A stretch of 64,000 bases of DNA from Leidyana gryllorum EB-2025a (GCA_048772705.1 JBLWGC010000230.1:868001-932000); one strand, 5' to 3'. Shown: positions 30,251 to 43,805, counted from the first letter of the stretch. Made by a program: numbers and translations. Notes: generated from the sequence alone by a model not told the origin.

Positions 30251-31187
30251 TCAGAACTTTCGACGGCGAATGTGCAGGCGGAAGACTATCCACCATGTGC
30301 ACCACCCCACGAAGATTGTGCCCAATAGTACCAAGTATATGAAGAGGATGTTCAGCCGGCACCGTCCGATCACCAAATTGAAATCGTAATGGGGGGCATC
30401 TTTACTCAGTCCAAACATTGTTCCAAACTCAATGGACTGTCTGGGCTTCTCAGTCTCCCAGGCCTCTGGGCGCACAAGCGTCATGTCGCTCTGTCGGTAT
30501 CATACCATTTTTACCAACTCGTCTTCACCATCAACGGCTTACGGTTTGATCGTCGTCCAAACCCAAGAGATCGGCCAGGTTCCATGGGTTGCTCGTCCCC
30601 TCGTCCATTTCATCGTCCGGACTGAGCTCCATTCCCTTGGCTCCCATGAGGCCCTCCATCTGCAGAAGAAAACATATGAGGCATCCGAGAAGCGTAGCGC
30701 TAACCAGATGGGTGGTGGACCGGATAGACGAATCGCAGATCCTCAGTGGAGGCATCAGCCAACGAAGAAACTTGGGCACTCCTGGGTCACAGTGACACGC
30801 TCTCTCGTATGAGGGAACACACTGCCACAGCCCATCAGATCGACTATGACAATCCGCACGCAGTATCACACATCCCTGTTGGCCGAAGGACATCAGTGAG
30901 GGAAGATGGACGTTGCTTGGGACTCACCAGTTGATCAACAGACTTGTCACACACTTCCTCGACACCAGTGGCCCTCTCCACAAGATAGTGCTTGATCTTA
31001 TCTTTCAAGTGGATGGCCACATAGATATCAGTCCATACAGTGTGGAGAGTTCGGTAGCCGTGGATGGCCCAATTTGTAGCCAGATCGAGTCCTGAGAGTG
31101 TGTATCATCCAAAACCAATATCTCACCCAATACATGACGTGTAGCGGTCGCGCACGCGGTGACACACAGGACGAAGGGTAGGTGCAT
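30251..31187 (-). CDS. Hypothetical membrane protein (signal peptide, Cys-containing region, C-terminal TM), multi-exon
   Basis: Spliced MHLPFVLCVTACATA..|LDLATNWAIHG..VCDKSVDQL|GCVILRADCH..CHCDP; last exon carries a TM followed by RRRKF*. Confidence 0.55.
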
Positions 31188-31230
31188 AGTGCATGTCCCG
31201 ACGACAGCGTCTCCATGTGCGAAGGTAATA

Positions 31231-33086
31231 ATGGAGCAAAAGTTCAAACACACAACGGCCACCAACATGGATATCCACACTGTTCCCACAGCACCCTCCT
31301 CCCCCTCAACATTTTCTTTGAGCAAAACAGTTGTGGCAAGTTGGCTGGAACGCGCGGACGTGGTGAAATACCGCGCGAATTATCGTAACTTCCGGGTCGG
31401 GAAAGCTGCTGGTGCACGAGGCGACGTCAGCGATGTCGGTTTCACGCACTTCCAGGCTTCTATCTGCCCAGCAGCTAAAGAGCACGACGATAGTGCCTGC
31501 GACCCGGTGACTCGATGGCGGCTCGCATACCGTCGGTATCGACTTGGAGCACCTCACGGAGCCAAAGGGTCTGAGGATGCCATAGCGTCGCGCATAGATA
31601 GCATAGATCTCCTTCCCATTGTTCAAGCATTTAATCTCAGAAGGCGTTTGGTTCGATCCAAGTTGGCCGTCGCCTCTCCCTCGGCGAGTGCGCGTAGTGT
31701 ACTTCATGTGCATTTTGGGGGAGGCAAATTGGGTATCGGACTCATTCTACCTGCACTCGTTGCTTCCTGCACGCCATTTGTCATCGTTCAGTCAAATCGC
31801 GGTGTTTACGCGGGTCTGAACGACACTGTCTCTATTCTTGTCAACGAAGATACGATATGTTCCATGCACACTTTATATATTGAAGACAGTGTCCCCTTCA
31901 TTGATGCTGATCCCTCCACCCTCATAGACAACGCGTTACACCAAGCCTCCATCAAAGGCTGCAAAGGTGTTCTACTCCTCTCCCCCCGTGGCGCCGCATC
32001 TGCATTAAAAGAGTATCTCTATACTCAGCGAGCGACTTCTTTCTCCTGTGCTGTCGGACCCGGTTTGACTAGTTTGGCTGACGATCTCAAAAGCGTTCGG
32101 TGAGTTCGACGAACGCGCATGTGTGTGTGTGTGTATATATGTGTGTGTGTATATATGTGTGTGTGTGTGTGTGTTTCGCTTCATTCTGTCGCCGCCGCAG
32201 ATTCGATGCGCCGTTGTTTGCGTGCGAGAACGATCACGCTGCAGTCACAAAGCTCAGTGAGACTTTGACCACTTGCGGTAGCAGTGTGAAAGTCGTGGCA
32301 TGCATGGTGGATCGAATCTGTACTCGTCTCGAACAGACGTCTCCTTCTGTCCTACTGGCTGTCACCGAGCCCTTCCCGGGCGAGATTGTTCTTCTTGAGA
32401 ACTTTGACGATAAGGCAGACTCAATGACCACTCTTCCTTTGTGCGGTCCAACTGTCAAAGTACCGCAGATTGACGCACAAGCCAAGTATTTTGCTGAGAG
32501 AAAGTTTCTCCTCGTCAATGGGGGCCATACTGTCCTGGCCTTCCTCACCCTCCTCCGTCATACCCAAGACAGCTCGCCCTGGACACCACCCGGACACTTC
32601 CGTCTCCTTGACTGGTCGACTATGGATGAGCAAGAACGGTTGATCTTTTGGTCCGTCGCAATCGCCCGACTGCTTCTCCTCACCTGGGAGTACGACACTG
32701 AGGTTCTCAAGAATGCCCATGGAGCCGCGTCCGACGACGAGCTTTGTGATGAGCTTCTCAAGTATGCCAGAGAGGGCATACATCGGTTCAGCGCTGTTCC
32801 TGACTACACCAGTCGTATATTGGCTGCTGGCGTGGACAATAGGTGAGGCCACGGCACTTTCGAGCTGTGACACTTCCCTCCCGCTCACAGATATCTGGGA
32901 CGTCTAAAGAATATCCTGGATTTCCTGGAAGTCAGCAATCCGGCCACTCAGGGTGTGGGCTCCATGTTGCTTAGGAAAGCCAACGTGACGTATTGTGGTG
33001 TGGTTGCCATGGTACATCGGCTGGTCCAGGAGGCTTACCAATTCACCCGAAACATAGAGCTCTCGTTCGGTGTCAACCTGATGTAG
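31231..33086 (+). CDS. Mannitol-1-phosphate 5-dehydrogenase-like (MtlD / polyol-specific long-chain dehydrogenase), three exons
   Basis: VHFGGGKLGIG (Rossmann), SFSCAVG, FACEND, CMVDRIC, catalytic ERKFLLVNGGH; last exon ends GVNLM* at 33086. Confidence 0.85.
32120..32173. repeat. Intronic compound (GT)n/(AT)n microsatellite
   Basis: TGTGTG...TATAT...TGTG run inside the first intron of the dehydrogenase. Confidence 0.9.
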
Positions 33087-33509
33087 AGAACGAGCCCCCG
33101 AAACAACAACGCACTGCTTCTGCTGCTGATTTAGTTAGAGAATGAGAGAGAGAGAAAGAAACAGAGATCGCCGCTGTGCCTCTCGGTGCCTCACGACGGC
33201 ACCCGCGGAGGGATGGATGCTGTGTGTGACTGACTAAGTAAGGTTGGTTTGTTGATGATTAGTTATTTACTTTATCGCAAAGTGAACAAGCCATATAGCT
33301 CTGGCACTTGGACGGATGATCATTAAGCTAAAACTGACAGCTACAACTGGATATGTTCCAGCGGATGATTAGCCCCCCCCTCAAAGGCCTATTATCACGC
33401 GGAGGAGTAATAGTCTTTTGGTTAAAGTCTGCGTTGCCCCGGCTCCAACCCCAAAGTGTTGAGGCCGAGGAAGAAGCTCAAGGACCTTCATATGACTCTT
33501 AACAAGTTC

Positions 33510-34119
33510 CTACTCCGGATCACACCACCGGTTCTCCTCCTTGATCTGTGCTTCTTCCTCGGGCGAAAAGTCGTTCACAATTCCGAATGTCTTCCTGATC
33601 TCCTCAACGGTCTTTCCTCGAATCTCGCTGGCAACTTTGGCGCAGCACAGGTCAAGAAGTCCCGGAATATCGAGATAGTTGGCAGCCTACGGAAACAAAT
33701 GTCATACCGACCCCACTTCACTTACCAGAATCAACTCAAAAACCATGTCTTGTTCTAAAGAAGTCAAGAATTTGACATCCCACTCGTCAATGAGCTCATT
33801 GAGGGGTTGTTGCGGCAGTGGCTTCGGAATTTCCTTCACCGATCGACTCACGTAGTTCTTCATATATTCAACGGCCTTCTCCAGAACGTTGTACTTGACT
33901 TGGCCCAAAGGAATGGGTTGACTGGGATCTCCACCTGTGATTATCAAAGTAAATGATGATCCATCCTGTCAAAAATACTGTGACCTTACCCTCAATGGCG
34001 TTCCGAATGCACCCAGATTGCCGAGCTGCATCCATCTCGATCTCCAAACTCTTCTTGTCTTCCGACAAGAGAGTGATGGTACGCCGTTCGGTGGTGGGAG
34101 CGTCAGTAATCGGTGCCAT
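33510..34119 (-). CDS. SKP1: SKP1 (SCF ubiquitin ligase adaptor), three exons
   Basis: ITLLSED, IPLGQV, EWDVKFL, FELIL|[55 protein letters not shown]. Confidence 0.96.
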
Positions 34120-34362
34120 TATCAACGCCTTTCGCTATATTTACTATTGATAATGATTTTTTTGATACTCCTTTTTGTGTGTCCAGAGTGCGTAGACGCG
34201 CGTCTCACCACCTTCACACGAATCTTCCGTCAATGTTTGAAACCGGTCCGCTCAGGGTGCAACCGCCAGCAGCCTCTAATCTTTTCAGTATTCAAGAACC
34301 CTTGATTCTGTTGGATTAAGGCCACCAACACAGCCTCTCAAAATGATGCTTACTGTACTACT

Positions 34363-34392
34363 CCCGCCCACCTTTGTCCCGCCCACCTTTGT
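34363..34392. repeat. 15-bp direct repeat x2 (CCCGCCCACCTTTGT) upstream of SKP1
   Basis: Two adjacent identical copies in the divergent intergenic region. Confidence 0.8.
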
Positions 34393-34930
34393 TCCGCAAA
34401 CACAGCAGTATTCGCGCTCGGCAACGGGGGACGTGTGGGTGCGCAGTGTGTGTGTAGGTGGGCTAGAGCCTACCTGGTGTCCGGGGGGGGCAGAACGAGG
34501 GTTGGGGCCGCGTAGTAGTGCTGAGTCGATGTCGGCAACTCGTCAAAGTCGCCGACTTGGGACTTTTTTTAACAATACATGACGCTTTGCACTTCACAGA
34601 CTCTCAGTAACCCTTCCCGGGCATCGAGGTTGTCGGAAGGCATTTCTACTTGGCGCCATTTTCTCTTTTTGGTTGGGAAATGCACTCACTCATCGGGACA
34701 TTACCTTCGCATGTTTAGAGGGCAGACGTCACCTACTTGAAAAGACGTCACCTGTGGGTCGCCCTGAAGCCCAGTAATCGAGGGTCCCACTGTTGCCACA
34801 TGGGAATGAGGCGGTGGTTGCATCGATACCTTGAAAAAATGTCTTGCTGTGGGAGAGAAGTGGAGCATGCAGATTAGTGTAGACTTACACACTTACTGTG
34901 GTATATATAGTTGGAGTCGAAGTGATTACA

Positions 34931-35470
34931 ATGCAGCCTGAAGTTCGCAAAGGAGGTTTGGCCCGCGGGCGAAGCAAGGTGAAGCGTGGGTTGTCTTTCC
35001 ACCAGGACACCATCGATTTTGATGCCGTGGCCTCTAAACGTCCCGAGCGGACAGGTACTATGAAGTCGACGATGTCAAGAAGGAATAGAAGTTCGTTCGA
35101 GAAGGTGCCCCTCCCTGTTGAGGTTGCCCAGAGGTTCCACAAGCGAAAGGATTGTCGTTGCTCAGAGAATCCATGTCTGCTGCCAGTATCTCTGTGGGCC
35201 AACTACCCGGGTGGAGGTCAGAAGGAGCAGATTCTCCACGCGGTACAGATTGACGACGAGTTGAAGCAGCACCTTCCTCAGGAGGAATGGGAGGAGGCGA
35301 GCAAGCGTTCATCATTACGAGCCATTATGAACGATTATCTGTTGTGTGAATGTTGTCGAAGTGGTGGATACTCTGGTCGCAGGGGTTCCGCCTCTCAGTC
35401 TGAGATGGAATACGGCGGTATCCAACCAGCGTACAGCTTCATGGATAGTGTTCTCAATTTCAAAGAATGA
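34931..35470 (+). CDS. Hypothetical protein, about 179 aa, intronless
   Basis: ORF from ACA-ATG at 34931, with Cys clusters (CRCSENPC, CECC); no family recognised. Confidence 0.5.
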   Translation: MQPEVRKGGLARGRSKVKRGLSFHQDTIDFDAVASKRPERTGTMKSTMSRRNRSSFEKVPLPVEVAQRFHKRKDCRCSENPCLLPVSLWANYPGGGQKEQILHAVQIDDELKQHLPQEEWEEASKRSSLRAIMNDYLLCECCRSGGYSGRRGSASQSEMEYGGIQPAYSFMDSVLNFKE

Positions 35471-35483
35471 CGACAAGAAACTC

Positions 35484-37288
35484 TCAAACAGCCTCTTCAG
35501 TTCCTACAATCTCAGTATCAGGAGACGATTTCTCCTTTTTCTTGATATTGTAGCCCTTCTGTTCCACGGCATCGACTGTCTTGTGATGGATTCCGAGCTT
35601 ATGCTGTCGCCAGTAACACATGAAAGTCAGGAGTGCCATAAACACAGCCACAGCAGCGTAAGCCAGGAAGATCTCCTTGTACTTGGTGGAACTGGCGATA
35701 GGTGCGTTGACGTACACACCCACGCCTCCCATGATCCCGAGGAAACCCACCAACTTGCCAAAGTTGTAGGGGTCGTACAACTCGTTCACGAAGGTATACT
35801 TGATGTTGAATGTCGCCGACTGCATAAACACAAAAATGATGGACGTTGTTCGCATCCACCCATTGTGTTCGGGTACCAAAGCTGCCATCAACGACACAAA
35901 CAGGAGCTGAAAGGAACAAAAAGTGATGAGAGAAAGAGTGGTAAAAGGGGGGGATGGGAAGGGTCAGAGGTCGGAGGAGAAACTCGGCTCACCGTAGCAC
36001 ACATCGCAAACATAACGGTGACAGTTCCTGTATAATCCGTTACAAAGCCGATAACGATAGAGAACGGCGCTTGTAACGGAGTCATCCAACCGACAAAATC
36101 GGATATTGTGGTGTTAATAGCATCTCGGACCACAGAAGGGAAGTACGCAAATTGAAGCATAAGTAAGAAAGTGTAGATAGAACAGACTATCAGATCGATA
36201 GTCCTCAAGTCCCGCCAGAAAGCCTTCCATTTCTCTTTGGTGGTCACTGGCGGTCCATTCGCAGCGGGCTCCGTGACTTTTTCGGCTAGTGCCAGCGCCG
36301 ACTCGGACGTCGCAATCGTGTTGCCCTCCTTGTTGCTGTCTGCCCCAACTTGATCAGTCGTGACAGGAGTCGCCTCTACTTGTCCTCCTTCATCCTGTTC
36401 TTGGACCAACTTCCCATAGTTTCGTCGGGCAGGTAACACCCAGATATACAATACACTAACGGGTAGCCATATGGCCAACAGGTAGACCCCCCAAATGCCA
36501 AAGTAGCTGTACTCCGGATTATTGTCCCAGATTGTCTTGAGGATGGGTGCGATGACGGACGCCCCGCTCTGAGCTCCTACTATAACGCTCACAGCCAAAG
36601 CCTGTCGACTAGGCCAAGCTTCACACACGACCAGAGACGGGAACGCCACAATGTTTACACATCCTCCACTGATCAACATTGCCGGAATATACATTTGGAA
36701 ACTTTGAGTAGACACAGAAATCAACAGGATAGCCAGACCGAACAACGCCTCGCCAAGAATGGCTGTTTTACGAGGACCCAAATGATCCAACAGCAAACCG
36801 GCAACGAAAGCACAGGCACCTTCAGATCCTTGAGCCCAACTGTACAACCGTGTCACCGCCTTGTCTTGCTCGAGACAAGGCCCGAGGATGTCGTAGTCCC
36901 AGTCAGATGGACACTTCCACGCGTAGGCGCCTCCTCGGAACAGCATCTCTTGATACGGTTGCCATCCAAAATAGATACAGGAAGTAGTCAGACAAGCGAT
37001 TCCGTATACTATGATCTGAAAGTACGGACTCTGGTACCACGGTAGAGCGGCTTCTTCCTTCTCCTCCGACACCATAACCACAGAGTGATGTGACGACACC
37101 AAGGCTACTTCTTCGTACCCTTTCTTGTCTTCGAGGGTCGCGTGAGCCGAAGGCGAAAGCTCCTCAGCCGTGGAGGGGGACTGGGCTCCTCGTGGATACG
37201 GGGTGAAGGAGCCAGGAGGAGGTGAAGGGCCGGCCTCTTTGCCGTCTCCCGGGTGGTGATGATGATCCTCTGCTGACCAGTCCGACAT
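35484..37288 (-). CDS. MFS amino-acid transporter of the LAT3/SLC43-like ApiAT type, two exons
   Basis: About 12 TMs; CIYFGWQPYQEMLFRGGAYAWKC...CLEQ...AGLLLDHLGPRKT; FGKLVG near the C-terminus. Confidence 0.85.
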
Positions 37289-37773
37289 TGCTGAACGCAG
37301 ATTCTGTGTCAACCGACTTTAACCAATGGGGGGTCGGTAGGTAAGGTCTTTAAGCGCACCGGCACGTAGTAGGTCGGTGTGACTCTAATGCAGCAATATG
37401 AGCAACGATAGCGGCAAACGAGTCGTAAAGGGTGTCAAGAACGTTGAAGTTAGCCAACAAACTTGTCACTTGGTGCATTCAGCACTTGCGCAAGAAATAA
37501 TAATTTCCGAAGAGATCGAAAGAAAAACGGTATTCTCGATGTTAAATTGGGCAGTGTTTTGTTAGAACACACACGTTCGCGCAATTGTAATTGACCAGAG
37601 ACACCGGGTGGGCGAGCGGGCGAAAGCGCGTGATCCTTAGTATTTGATCGATTAAGCGGTTCCATTCAAAGGTTTCCTGCTGACACTGAGCCTTAGTTAA
37701 TCGCTAATGTGATAGATTGGAGAGAGGCTAGGCTGAACTCATTCGGCCGGATTCTGATCAGCCCTGGTCTTAA

Positions 37774-38898
37774 CTACTGGATTTTCTTGGCCTCGCCGGC
37801 TTTGGCGGCGGTGGCAGCTCTGCTCTTCACGATATATCGATTCACAAAGAAGGCCGCAAAGAGATAGAAGTACGTGGAGTACATGGCGGCAGCCGAAATC
37901 ATATTGCTAGGAGAGATGTAGCAAGTACCTTCAGCCCTTGGGTTTCGCGCAATGTCCGCAGTAGAGCGGTACATGAAGGGGTAGCGATATGAATTCCACA
38001 ACGACGCTCCAGTGATAACAACCCCTGAACCAAGGCATGTATTTTGATAAGCAGGCAGTGCGTGCGTTGTGCTCACCCATAATCATCTGAGCAATCTGCA
38101 AGATCGTTACCGTCATGCCCCATTTGGGAGGTTTCTCCATCGCAGCAGCCAAGTAGTAGTAAGTGTACATGATCGCATGGACTGTAGAAGATGGGTGTGG
38201 AAATTAGCGAACACACAGATCATGTAGCGTACCAGCGTAGTTCATTCCGCAGTAGTACACTCCTGGTGGCTGTTCAGTAACGAAGGCATCCCAAGTATAC
38301 ATCAGGACCGTAACATGATGGTACCAGTGGAGGAAAACGAGCTTCCTCTTCCGAAGGATGATGAAAACGGTGTCCATCAGCTCAAAATACTATGCGTTCC
38401 ACACGATAATCTAGGTAGGAGTGATGGCTTGCGTTTACCTTTGAGTATACGAAGAGAGCGGTCCACAGGCCCACGGCACCGCGACCGTAGGTGAAAACCG
38501 GTGGGGAGCAGAGGGAGGCATGCCATCCGAATTGATACAGGAAGACGAAGAGGTGAGGGAGAACTCGTAGAGTACCGATTGTGGAGAAGACTGCGAGGAA
38601 GAGGTTCCAGTATTTCAATGGGGTCCTGAGGTCGAAAGCTTTCCGTCGTTCCATCTGCTTCGGGACGATCCAGATGAAGCCTAGGTACAGGAAGCAGAAC
38701 AGAGGGCCGAGCCAGTAGTGACACCGAGACCAGAGCAGCACCTGGATCCCGTCATAGTTCTTCTCGAAAGCGGTGTACAACCAGGGTGCATATCGTTCCA
38801 ACAAAAGGATGGCATCCTCACTTGCTGGAAAATCCCATGCTTCCAGCCAAGCCCTCTTCTCAAATACGAAGGGCGACGCCGATATCGGTCCCACCATT
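37774..38898 (-). CDS. ELO/GNS1 fatty acid elongase, multi-exon
   Basis: YWNLFLAVFS, LFVYSK|..ELMDTVFIILRKRKLVFLHWYHHVTV (HxxHH box), VHAIMYTYY, TILQIAQM, YFYLFAAFF. Confidence 0.95.
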
Positions 38899-38980
38899 AA
38901 CAACACCGGTTGGGTTAGCAGCAAAATAAAATCCTCTCCACGGTGGTCCCAAGTACTGCCTTTTTTGTATAAACAGACAC

Positions 38981-41443
38981 TTATCGCTTTTGGCGCTTGC
39001 TCATGCCGCGTCCCTTTCGTGTCGTCTGGCTCCCTGTCGATCCGGACGGCGCCACTCTGCCATTCGCGCCCGCCTCCAGTAGATCCAGACTCGCTATCTC
39101 CAAACCACCCACCACCTGGCACACAGATCTTTCCCATACACACACTACACTGCCATCTCCACATACCTCGCCGTGTTTATTCACATAAGAGTAGAGGCTC
39201 TCTAATGTCGTCGACCCACCTGTCACGGTCGCCGAGTCTCCCACTACCGCCAAATGGCTAAACGCAAGTAACCTGTAAACCACCTCCACTCACCACATAG
39301 CTCTCGTAACAGCGACATTCAGCCGACGCTCGTCGTCCAGAAATCCGATCTCACCGAGATCGTTCGATCGGACCAAAGACAAAATGATCAAATGTCGTTC
39401 ACCGCCCTGAAACCCGTCCACTGTCGACACCTTAATCTTCTTCAGGAAGCTCGGGTCGTCCCCAAACGTCTGTGGTGAAAGCAACTTTGTACAGCAGCCC
39501 GTCCTTCTTACCTTTGTCAGCATTGATTGCAGCAACTTGACCTGTTTATTGTAAGGCGAGATCACTCCGATGCTCGGCACCTCGGCCTTCTTGGGATATA
39601 TCACGTCCGCCAAATACTTCACCACCAACAATGCTTCTCCGGGATTCCATTTCGACTGTTCCGTCAGCCGCTCCACTATACTCTGTTCCACTGTTATGAT
39701 ATCTTCCAGAGACTCGTCCACTTCTCCCTCCATCACGCACTCCCCGATTCCCGCGGTGTCGATCCAACGCACCGGAGTCAGCTCTGGCCACAGACGTCGC
39801 TCTGCCACCGAGGGCGCGGCCTCCAACTTTCCCCCGTAAAAGAGCTCCGACGACCATCCCATTATCTCATTGTTCATACGGTACTGTTCCTGCAGCATTA
39901 CCGAGATGCCCTCAACCTGCATCATCCGGCCGAGTAAGGATTCTCCAAGTCCCTTGGAGACAGCCTCGGGATGTCGAATGGTCGCTGCCAACTGTTTGTG
40001 ATCGCCTCCCAGTATCAACTGGTCCCCCAGTAAAGCTGGCAGCCACGTCTCGAGTTCGGTGGCCTGCCCAGCCTCGTCCACCACCACATAATCGAATCTA
40101 TGTGTGCGACTATACTCCACCAGATCACGTGATCCCGCGCCAATACACGTTGTAAAGACAATCTGAGCGCGACCAAATGCCTCATCTGACGCCTGTTTCT
40201 TCCGTTGACGGGCTTCCTTCCTCAAAGCCGCCAACTCGGCTTTCGCAGCACCTCTCACCACTTTCCGACGCGCACCATCCATAGAGCCAATCCGACCCAC
40301 AACATCTTTACCGCCCTTTTGTTTGCTCCCCACTGACGTGCTCCCGGCATCTTTGATCTCCAAACAAGCTGCAATCTCGGCTTCAATGTCTTTCAACAGT
40401 CTCGCCACAGACGTTTCAGTCAGCTGAAAACAAGGAAGGCGCTGTGTCGATCAAGAGGCCTACAAACCTACTCACCCTGGCATCAAAGGTGGAGGACTGC
40501 AGGTCGGGAGACACTCTGGCAGGGTGCCCCAGTCGCAATGTCCGGAGACCGCTGCACCGCTCTGTGTGTTTGAAAGCAATGTCATCGGTTCTGCAGACTT
40601 TCTACGTACCCAAAATATTGTCGACCGCCACGTTGCTGGGCGCGGCCACCAGCACCCTCTTCCCTCCGCGAGCCAGAACTCGGATGAGAGCGGCCAAAGT
40701 TGTAGTCTTGCCGGTCCCGGGTGGGCCATGCAGGAGACTGACAGGGGCCGTAGTGATGCAGAACTCAATGGCTTCACGTTGGAGGGGGTTTAGATTGGTA
40801 ATGAGATCTTCGTATGGAGGACTGCTGAAGAGCACTTTGCGTGGCACTCCATTCTGCGGCTCCATACAGAACTCCACGAGCCGTGTGCTGACGTTTGAGC
40901 GCTAATTTGAAGGAACAAAGAGGAGAGTGAGTCTTACTCTCGCGCATTGTACACAACCTGGAGGGCTTCTTTGCGCCTTCTCAGAGTGGTCTCGCTACCG
41001 ATCACAGCTAGACTCAGTTTGCAGCCTTCGAGTCCTTCTTCGGCACCCAGAAGATCCTTGAGGGTCTTGTAGTCTTGCGTCTGGCAGGCTATCTGCGCTT
41101 CACGACGGCCTTGTGAACTTTGGGAAACACCTTCTATCAGCTTTGCCTCGCCCATCGCTTCCGACAACTTGGAGGTGGCTCGGTATATCCCAATCACCTC
41201 TCCATTCTTGAAGCCGAAGGGACGATCCTCAGGGTACACGGCATTCGGGTTAGGGACGAAGGTAATCAGAACGCGGCCCCTCCAATGCTCGTCCACGTCA
41301 AAGACTTTGAGGTTCAATAGAGCCTTGCCTCTCTTCTCCAAACCCGCGGCCGTGAGACTGTTTAAGTGTGTGTGGACATCCAGTGCCTCTTCCTCCCGTT
41401 CAAGATTTATAAAGTCTTCCCATCGCGATTGCCAACGTTCCAT
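38981..41443 (-). CDS. IGHMBP2: SF1 Upf1-like helicase, IGHMBP2/SMUBP-2/Hcs1 type, multi-exon
   Basis: LNPLQREAI, HGPPGTGKTT, APSNVAVDN, RLGHPAR, VVDEAGQ, GDHKQL, QYRMN, ISPYNKQV, TVDGFQGGE, RRLNVAVTRA. Confidence 0.88.
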
Positions 41444-42040
41444 CAAAAAAAACAATGTCGAACTTCCGATTCCCTGTGAGTGTGTAAGTCGACGGAGAGC
41501 ACTATCACGCCTCGCTCACTCAGGATCTGACCTATGAAGAGTACATGCACGCTGCCACCTATATGGCTGGACGGATATTAGCTTGCCAAAGTGCAGGAGT
41601 CCCTGCCATAGATCATCTGGTGGTAAAATGGTATTTAACAACGATTCTACGAGTACAACCTGTGGGTGTGGTGGTGTAACTCAGCGTGGACCTTCTTGCT
41701 GGTGTGTTCAGGGTGCGGCAACTGTAAAACTACACTACAAATACCTCGGCGCATTCAACACGATGATTGAATCTAAACTGATTCGGGTAGGGATGGCTGA
41801 AACTGGACTACAAAGCGCGGGGTTATGTATGTAGGTCTTGGAATCCAGCCAACCCCTCAAGGGTGACGATCCAAACAGTCGATGTCAAGTAGTTCGATTG
41901 AATAGAGTGAGTCAGCACCCGTTGAGAGATCAAAATCCCTACATTGGTCTGAAGAATGCAGTGCCACTTACGTGGTGGATCAGTGTCGAGGCAAGAGGCA
42001 AACTTCATTGAGCACTCTGCTGCTGCTGCTAGCTAAGGGT

Positions 42041-42940
42041 TCAAGGAGGGGAGTTGTAATCCTGCACTTGGTGCAGGGGAGACAAAGCCACTGCAGAGCG
42101 ACGGGCTGGCGGAGGCCGAATGACTTCTTCTTCATCCCCATCACTTTCTTCCTTGCACCCACCCAAACTTGTCGGTGCTTCTGTACGCCGGCCGCAACCA
42201 ATCTCTCGGTCCCATGGCGACGCTGCCGGTGCTGCTGTGCACCAAGCGCAGTCACAACTCGACGGATCACTCTGACACCTTATGCAAGAGCTGCTGTTTG
42301 AGTTGTCCCCGTCCGTAGAGGCACTGCGACTGCAGCTGAAGCGGATCAGCCACTTTTGGAACTTGTCGGACGACTGAGAATTCTGACGTTGACTACCGTT
42401 GGTCGTAGTCGATGACGACTTTCCTCCATATCTTCTCATCCGCGTGCGATTATACGGTGCTGCCCAGTGTTGGCCAACAGTAATTACTTGTATATGATCC
42501 CTTCCCGAAGGAAGAATATGGTCTTTCTCTCGAAACGGCAGCCGGAAGTCTTCATTCTCACTCAGCGTGCAAAAGTCTTGGCGACTCCGCAATGAAATAA
42601 CCGCGTTAGCTCCAAGTTCTCCTTCATCACTCATCTCAGAGGTCAGTGCACACTGATATGAAATACGCATATTCTGACTCTCCTTCTCCTCCATTTTGGT
42701 GTAGATGTAGTTATCGGTTCCAAAGTCCATTGCGGACTTTCTCATCTTCTTCGCTGTATCATCATGTAAGAAGTAAAATGATTCCATAGAAGATGGTGTT
42801 GGCTTTGGGTCAATATTGATCCTGTAAAAATCCTGATGTCGACCTCCAGCCACCCCCAATTGGCCTCCTCCGGGGTAATCATTCTCAACGGATGTGGACG
42901 CAGCGCAAGTTGACTTACATTCACCAACTTGGTTCGCCAC
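42041..42940 (-). CDS. Probable terminal exon of an uncharacterised gene (upstream exons unresolved)
   Basis: 299-codon open frame with protein-like composition and splice-like signals near its 5' end; no family recognised. Confidence 0.4.
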   Translation of the reverse strand: MANQVGECKSTCAASTSVENDYPGGGQLGVAGGRHQDFYRINIDPKPTPSSMESFYFLHDDTAKKMRKSAMDFGTDNYIYTKMEEKESQNMRISYQCALTSEMSDEGELGANAVISLRSRQDFCTLSENEDFRLPFREKDHILPSGRDHIQVITVGQHWAAPYNRTRMRRYGGKSSSTTTNGSQRQNSQSSDKFQKWLIRFSCSRSASTDGDNSNSSSCIRCQSDPSSCDCAWCTAAPAASPWDREIGCGRRTEAPTSLGGCKEESDGDEEEVIRPPPARRSAVALSPLHQVQDYNSPP

Positions 42941-43805
42941 AATATTGACCCCATCGGACCTGAAACAAGGTGTCCAGCAAGATTTTCACTGTGCGGGTGA
43001 TTGGCCACAATACAACGAAGCAGCACAACATGTGATCAGCTACTGTGATCTTTGTCACAACATTGCACATTCATGTTCAATGGCCGATCGCTGCCACTGC
43101 CGCTCACACAGTACAGACCTTTCCAAAAATATTCTTCGTGTGCACAGCACTTTCGGATGTGTGTGTACATAAAGGAATGCGTGGTACTTTGCAGATTGCT
43201 GTCTCTGTATGCGGGCAGGGCTAATAGAAACTTGGCCGACGACTCACGCAGATAGCTTCTAAATATGAACACCAGATATCAGGTCACTTACCGGCCCCAT
43301 ATAAGATCCGTCAGCTGGTGTGTATGATTAGAACTAGACACTCCTGTGGGAGCGGCTTGATCTTTGAGCAAACACGTGCCTTCAGATGTCATGAACGAGC
43401 ATTGTTGGGCGTTATTAGGCTTTTGAATGCCCCAGCGACGTGTACAAATCCTTGGATATACTCTCAACGAACGATTGCCGCGAACGTCAATCCGGCTTTG
43501 ACCCTTGAGGGGGCCCTTGATCGTCACCAAACCAACCACAAGACGTATGGGAGTCATCCCCCTCTTGTCGCGGAATTTGCCAGTAAAAAGGCCGTGCAGG
43601 TTGGACCTGATTCGGTTTCTTGTTGTCATTAGGATGCAGTACAAAGTCAATAGGCGACGATTGCCTCTGCGATCCATTGAGGCGGAGAAGACACCAGCTT
43701 TCCCCAAGCTAAGGAACTCGATCCGTCCTCCTCTTTTTCGGCAGCAAGAGCCTGCGCAAGAAGCTTTTTCTGACAAAGGAGCTCGTCGGCGGATCATTCA
43801 GTGAG

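Noticed and set aside
33510-33580. Link between the SKP1 hydroxyproline site (NDFSPEEE) and the nearby GT43 array
   Set aside because: Protist SKP1 glycosylation is cytosolic and uses other GT families; the GT43s have type II membrane anchors typical of Golgi-luminal enzymes.
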